This document shows, one piece after another, positions 16,167 through 20,000 of a stretch of DNA of 20,000 bases. Numbering within the stretch: position 1 is the stretch's first letter; each line of letters starts with the position of its first letter. Position numbers and translations under genes: made by a program. This stretch comes from Hydrurus foetidus (Eukaryota): positions 419,775 through 439,774 of the forward strand of contig UYFQ01000004.1 of NCBI GenBank assembly GCA_900617105.1, given 5' to 3'. Below the pieces are notes generated by a model. It searched no databases, was not told the DNA's origin, and saw only the letters and a list, made by a program, of their open reading frames with translations.

Positions 16167-19100
16167 TTAAGAACGGTCAAGTTCCATGTCGATACCAAGC
16201 GAGCGGATTTCCTTCAACAACACGTTGAACGATTCCGGCATACCTGCTTCGATCGAGTGCTCGCCCTTGACGATGCTCTCGTACACCTTGGTACGGCCTA
16301 CAACGTCATCTGATTTCACCGTCAACATTTCCTGCAAGACGTAAGACGCGCCGTAAGCTTCCAGCGCCCACACCTCCATCTCACCGAAACGCTGGCCACC
16401 GAACTGGGCTTTACCGCCCAGAGGCTGCTGCGTCACCAAGCTGTAGGGGCCGGTGGAGCGGGCGTGCATCTTGTCGTCCACCAAGTGGTGAAGCTTCAGG
16501 ACGTGCATGTAGCCGACTGTCGTAGGACGCTCGAAGCGATCGCCCGTGCGGCCATCAAACAAGTTGGCTTGCGTGCGTGTGGGTGTCAAGCCCTTGAGCT
16601 TGGCAATGTCATCGGGGTATGCCAGTTTCAACATACCGCGAATTTCATCTTCGGAGGCACCGTCAAACACCGGCGTGGCGAACGTGACGCCCCCTTGAAG
16701 ATTGCCCGCCATCTCGATGATCTGGTCGTCATTGAGTTGCGAGAAATCTTCCTTGCGGCCTGAGGTGTTGTACAGCTTCTCAAAGAAACTGCGCAGCTCT
16801 GCCACACGGCTTTCGGTTTGCAGCATATCGCCAATGCGTTGGCCCAAGCCTTTAGCGGCCCAACCCAAATGCACTTCCAACACCTGACCCACGTTCATCC
16901 GTGAAGGCACGCCCAAGGGGTTAAGCACGATGTCGCACGGGGTACCGTCGGCCATGTAAGGCATGTCTTCGACGGGAACGATCTTGGAGACCACACCCTT
17001 GTTACCGTGGCGACCGGCCATCTTGTCACCGGGTTGCAAGCGGCGCTTGACGGCCAGGTAAACCTTGACCATCTTGAGCACGCCTGCGGGCAACTCGTCA
17101 CCTTGCGTCAATTTCTTGCGCTTTTCTTCAAACACGAGGTCGAAGCTGTGGCGGGTTTGTTCCAGCGAATTCTTGATGGATTCGAGCTGCTGCGCCACAT
17201 CTTCGTCAGCAGGACGGATATCGAGCCAGTGGTACTTCTCGACCGACGCCAAGTAAGCCTTGTCGATCTTGCTGCCTTTGGCCAGTTTTTGCGGGCCACC
17301 GTTGGCGGTTTTACCCTCCAGCAGCTTGGCAATACGGTCAAACGCGTCGGCTTCCACGATGCGCAACTGGTCGTTCAAGTCCAGGCGGAAACGCTTCAGT
17401 TCGTCGTCAATGATTTGCTGCGCACGCTTGTCGCGCACGATGCCTTCACGGGTGAAGACCTGCACGTCGATCACGGTGCCTTGTGAGCCTTGGCTGACGC
17501 GCAGCGAGGTGTCTTTCACGTCGCTGGCTTTTTCGCCAAAGATAGCGCGCAGCAGTTTTTCTTCGGGTGTGAGCGTGGTTTCGCCCTTGGGCGTGACCTT
17601 GCCTACCAGCGTATCGCCGGGCTGCACTTCTGCACCCACGTAGATGATGCCGGACTCGTCCAAACGGTTGAGCTGTTGCTCGGCCAAGTTAGGGATGTCG
17701 CGGGTGATTTCTTCCGCGCCCAGCTTGGTGTCACGGGCCATCACGACCAGCTCTTCGATGTGGATCGAGGTGTAGCGGTCTTCAGCGACGATGCGTTCAC
17801 TGATGAGGATCGAATCCTCAAAGTTAAAGCCGTTCCAGGGCATGAACGCGATCAGCATGTTCTGGCCCAACGCCAATTCACCCATGTCGGTCGATGCACC
17901 GTCAGCCACCACGTCACCCTTGGCGAGGCGATCGCCCTTCTTGACGATGGGGCACTGGTGGATGTTGGTGTTCTGGTTGGAACGCTGGTACTTGATGAGG
18001 TTGTAGATGTCCACACCCACTTCACCGGCCAGCGCTTCAGCGTCGTTCACACGCACCACGATGCGGGTTGCATCAACATAGTCCACCACGCCGCCACGCA
18101 CCGCCGTCACGACGGTGCCGGAATCGACAGCGGAAACTCGCTCGATTCCGGTGCCGACAAAGGCTTTTTCAGAACGCAACAGTGGCACCGCTTGACGCTG
18201 CATGTTGGCGCCCATCAACGCGCGGTTCGCGTCATCGTGCTCAAGGAACGGCACCAAAGAGGCCGCCACAGACACGATCTGCGAAGGCGACACGTCCATG
18301 TACTGAACGCGCTCGCCGCTGATCAAAATCGACTCGCCTTTTTCACGGGCAGAGATCAAGTCACCGGACAAACGACCTTCAGCGTCCAATTCGGCATTGG
18401 CCTGCGCAATCACGTACTTGCCTTCTTCGATGGCCGACAGGTAGTCGATGTCCATCGTGATCTTGCTGTCGATCACACGGCGGTACGGTGTCTCAATGAA
18501 ACCGTATTCGTTAAGGCGAGCGTACAAGGCCAGTGAGTTAATCAGACCAATGTTCGGGCCTTCAGGCGTTTCAATAGGGCACACACGGCCGTAATGGGTC
18601 ACGTGAACGTCACGCACTTCAAAGCCAGCACGTTCGCGGGTCAAACCACCTGGGCCAAGTGCCGATACACGGCGCTTGTGGGTGATTTCAGACAGCGGGT
18701 TGGTCTGGTCCATGAACTGGGAGAGCTGCGATGCACCGAAGAACTCTTTCAGCGCGGCCGAAATCGGCTTGCTGTTGATGAGGTCATGCGGCATCAAAGG
18801 CTCTTGCTCAGCTTGACCCAAACGCTCTTTCACGGCTTTTTCGATCCGTGCCAAACCGGTGCGGTATTGGTTTTCAGCCAATTCACCGACGCAACGCACG
18901 CGGCGGTTGCCCAAGTGGTCGATATCATCGACTTCGCCACGGCCATTGCGCAGGTCAACCAGGATTTTGACCACAGACAAGATGTCTTCGTTGGTCAGCA
19001 CCATCAGGCCGGTAGATTCGTCGCGGCCCATTTTGGCGTTGAACTTCATGCGACCCACGCGCGACAGATCGTACGTGTCGGGGTTGTAGAACAGCCGCTG

Positions 19101-19999
19101 GAACAGGGCTTGCACCGCGTCTTCAGTCGGTGGCTCACCAGGACGCATCATGCGATAGATAGCGACACGGGCTGCAAACTCGTCGGTTGTTTCGTCAATG
19201 CGCAAGGTTTGCGACATGTACGGGCCTTGATCGAGCTCGTTGGTGTAGATGCACTGCACGTCTTTGACGCCCGCACTGCGCAGCTTCTTCATCAACAGAT
19301 CGGTCAACTCTTCATTGGCCTTGATGATGATTTCACCAGTGTCTGCATCAATAATGTTGCGGGCCACCACGCGGCCGATCAAGAAGTCTTCGGGCACGCT
19401 GATGTGCGTGGTGCCACTGCTCCAGCTCGCGGGTGTGGCGAACCGTGACGCGCTTGTCTTTGGCGACCACAACCTTGCCGGCCTTGTCGGTGATGTCAAA
19501 GCGGGCGACTTCGCCGCGCATGCGCTCGGCCACGAACTCCATCTGCGCGCCGCTGTCCATCAAGCGGAAGTTGTCAAACACAAAAAAGTTCGCGAGGATG
19601 GATTCGTGGTTCAGGCCAATGGCCTTAAGCAGAATCGTGACCGGCATTTTGCGGCGGCGGTCAACGCGGAAGTACAAAATGTCTTTCGGGTCAAACTCAA
19701 AGTCGAGCCATGAACCGCGATAGGGAATGATCCGCGCGGAGAACAAGCAGCTTGCCCGAGCTGTGGGTTTTGCCCTTGTCATGCTCAAAGAACACGCCAG
19801 GTGAGCGGTGCAACTGGGACACGATCACACGCTCAGTGCCGTTGATGACAAACGAGCCTTTGTCGGTCATCAAGGGCACTTCGCCCATGTAGACTTCTTG
19901 CTCTTTCACTTCTTTGACAACTTTGGATTGCGAAGTCGATGACTCGCGGTCATAAATAATGAGCTGCACTTTGGCCCGCACTGCGGAGGCGAACGTCAG
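16167..19999 (-). CDS. rpoB: DNA-directed RNA polymerase subunit beta (5' end outside the window; frameshifts near 19745 and 19417)
   Basis: Three consecutive frames join into one Rpo[18 protein letters not shown] / [18 protein letters not shown] / [21 protein letters not shown]...[12 protein letters not shown]...[17 protein letters not shown]. Confidence 0.98.
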
Positions 20000-20000
20000 A

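Noticed and set aside
11897..19713. Long + strand ORFs antisense to rpoB/rpoC (e.g. 12818-14446, 17490-18536)
   Set aside because: Shadow ORFs expected from biased codon usage in GC-rich, highly expressed genes; no recognisable domains.
1..20000. CRISPR array, IS element, integrase or prophage genes
   Set aside because: No regularly spaced repeats, transposase, recombinase or phage-like ORFs were seen.

Overview
GC-rich betaproteobacterial chromosome segment; protein features and gene order suggest Burkholderiales/Comamonadaceae (inference). The + strand carries recG (5'-truncated by the window), a YecA/UPF0149-like SEC-C protein, oxyR, a DyP-type peroxidase and ubiA. These are followed by a small island with an orphan antitoxin-like ORF and a VapC/PIN toxin, downstream of tRNA-Phe(GAA). 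The - strand carries rpoB (5'-truncated, two frameshifts that are probably sequencing errors), rpoC, rsmB, a DUF4390-like gene, an NtrY-like kinase, an NtrX-like regulator and tRNA-Phe. The most interesting signal is a degenerate, fixed-spacing ~55-bp DNA motif seen six times by eye. Five copies lie inside core coding sequences (recG twice, ubiA, ntrY, rsmB), in both orientations and in different reading frames; the sixth coincides with the rpoC terminator. Also notable are a 14-bp direct repeat bracketing the toxin-antitoxin island and a hidden C-terminus of the PIN toxin behind a homopolymer frameshift.
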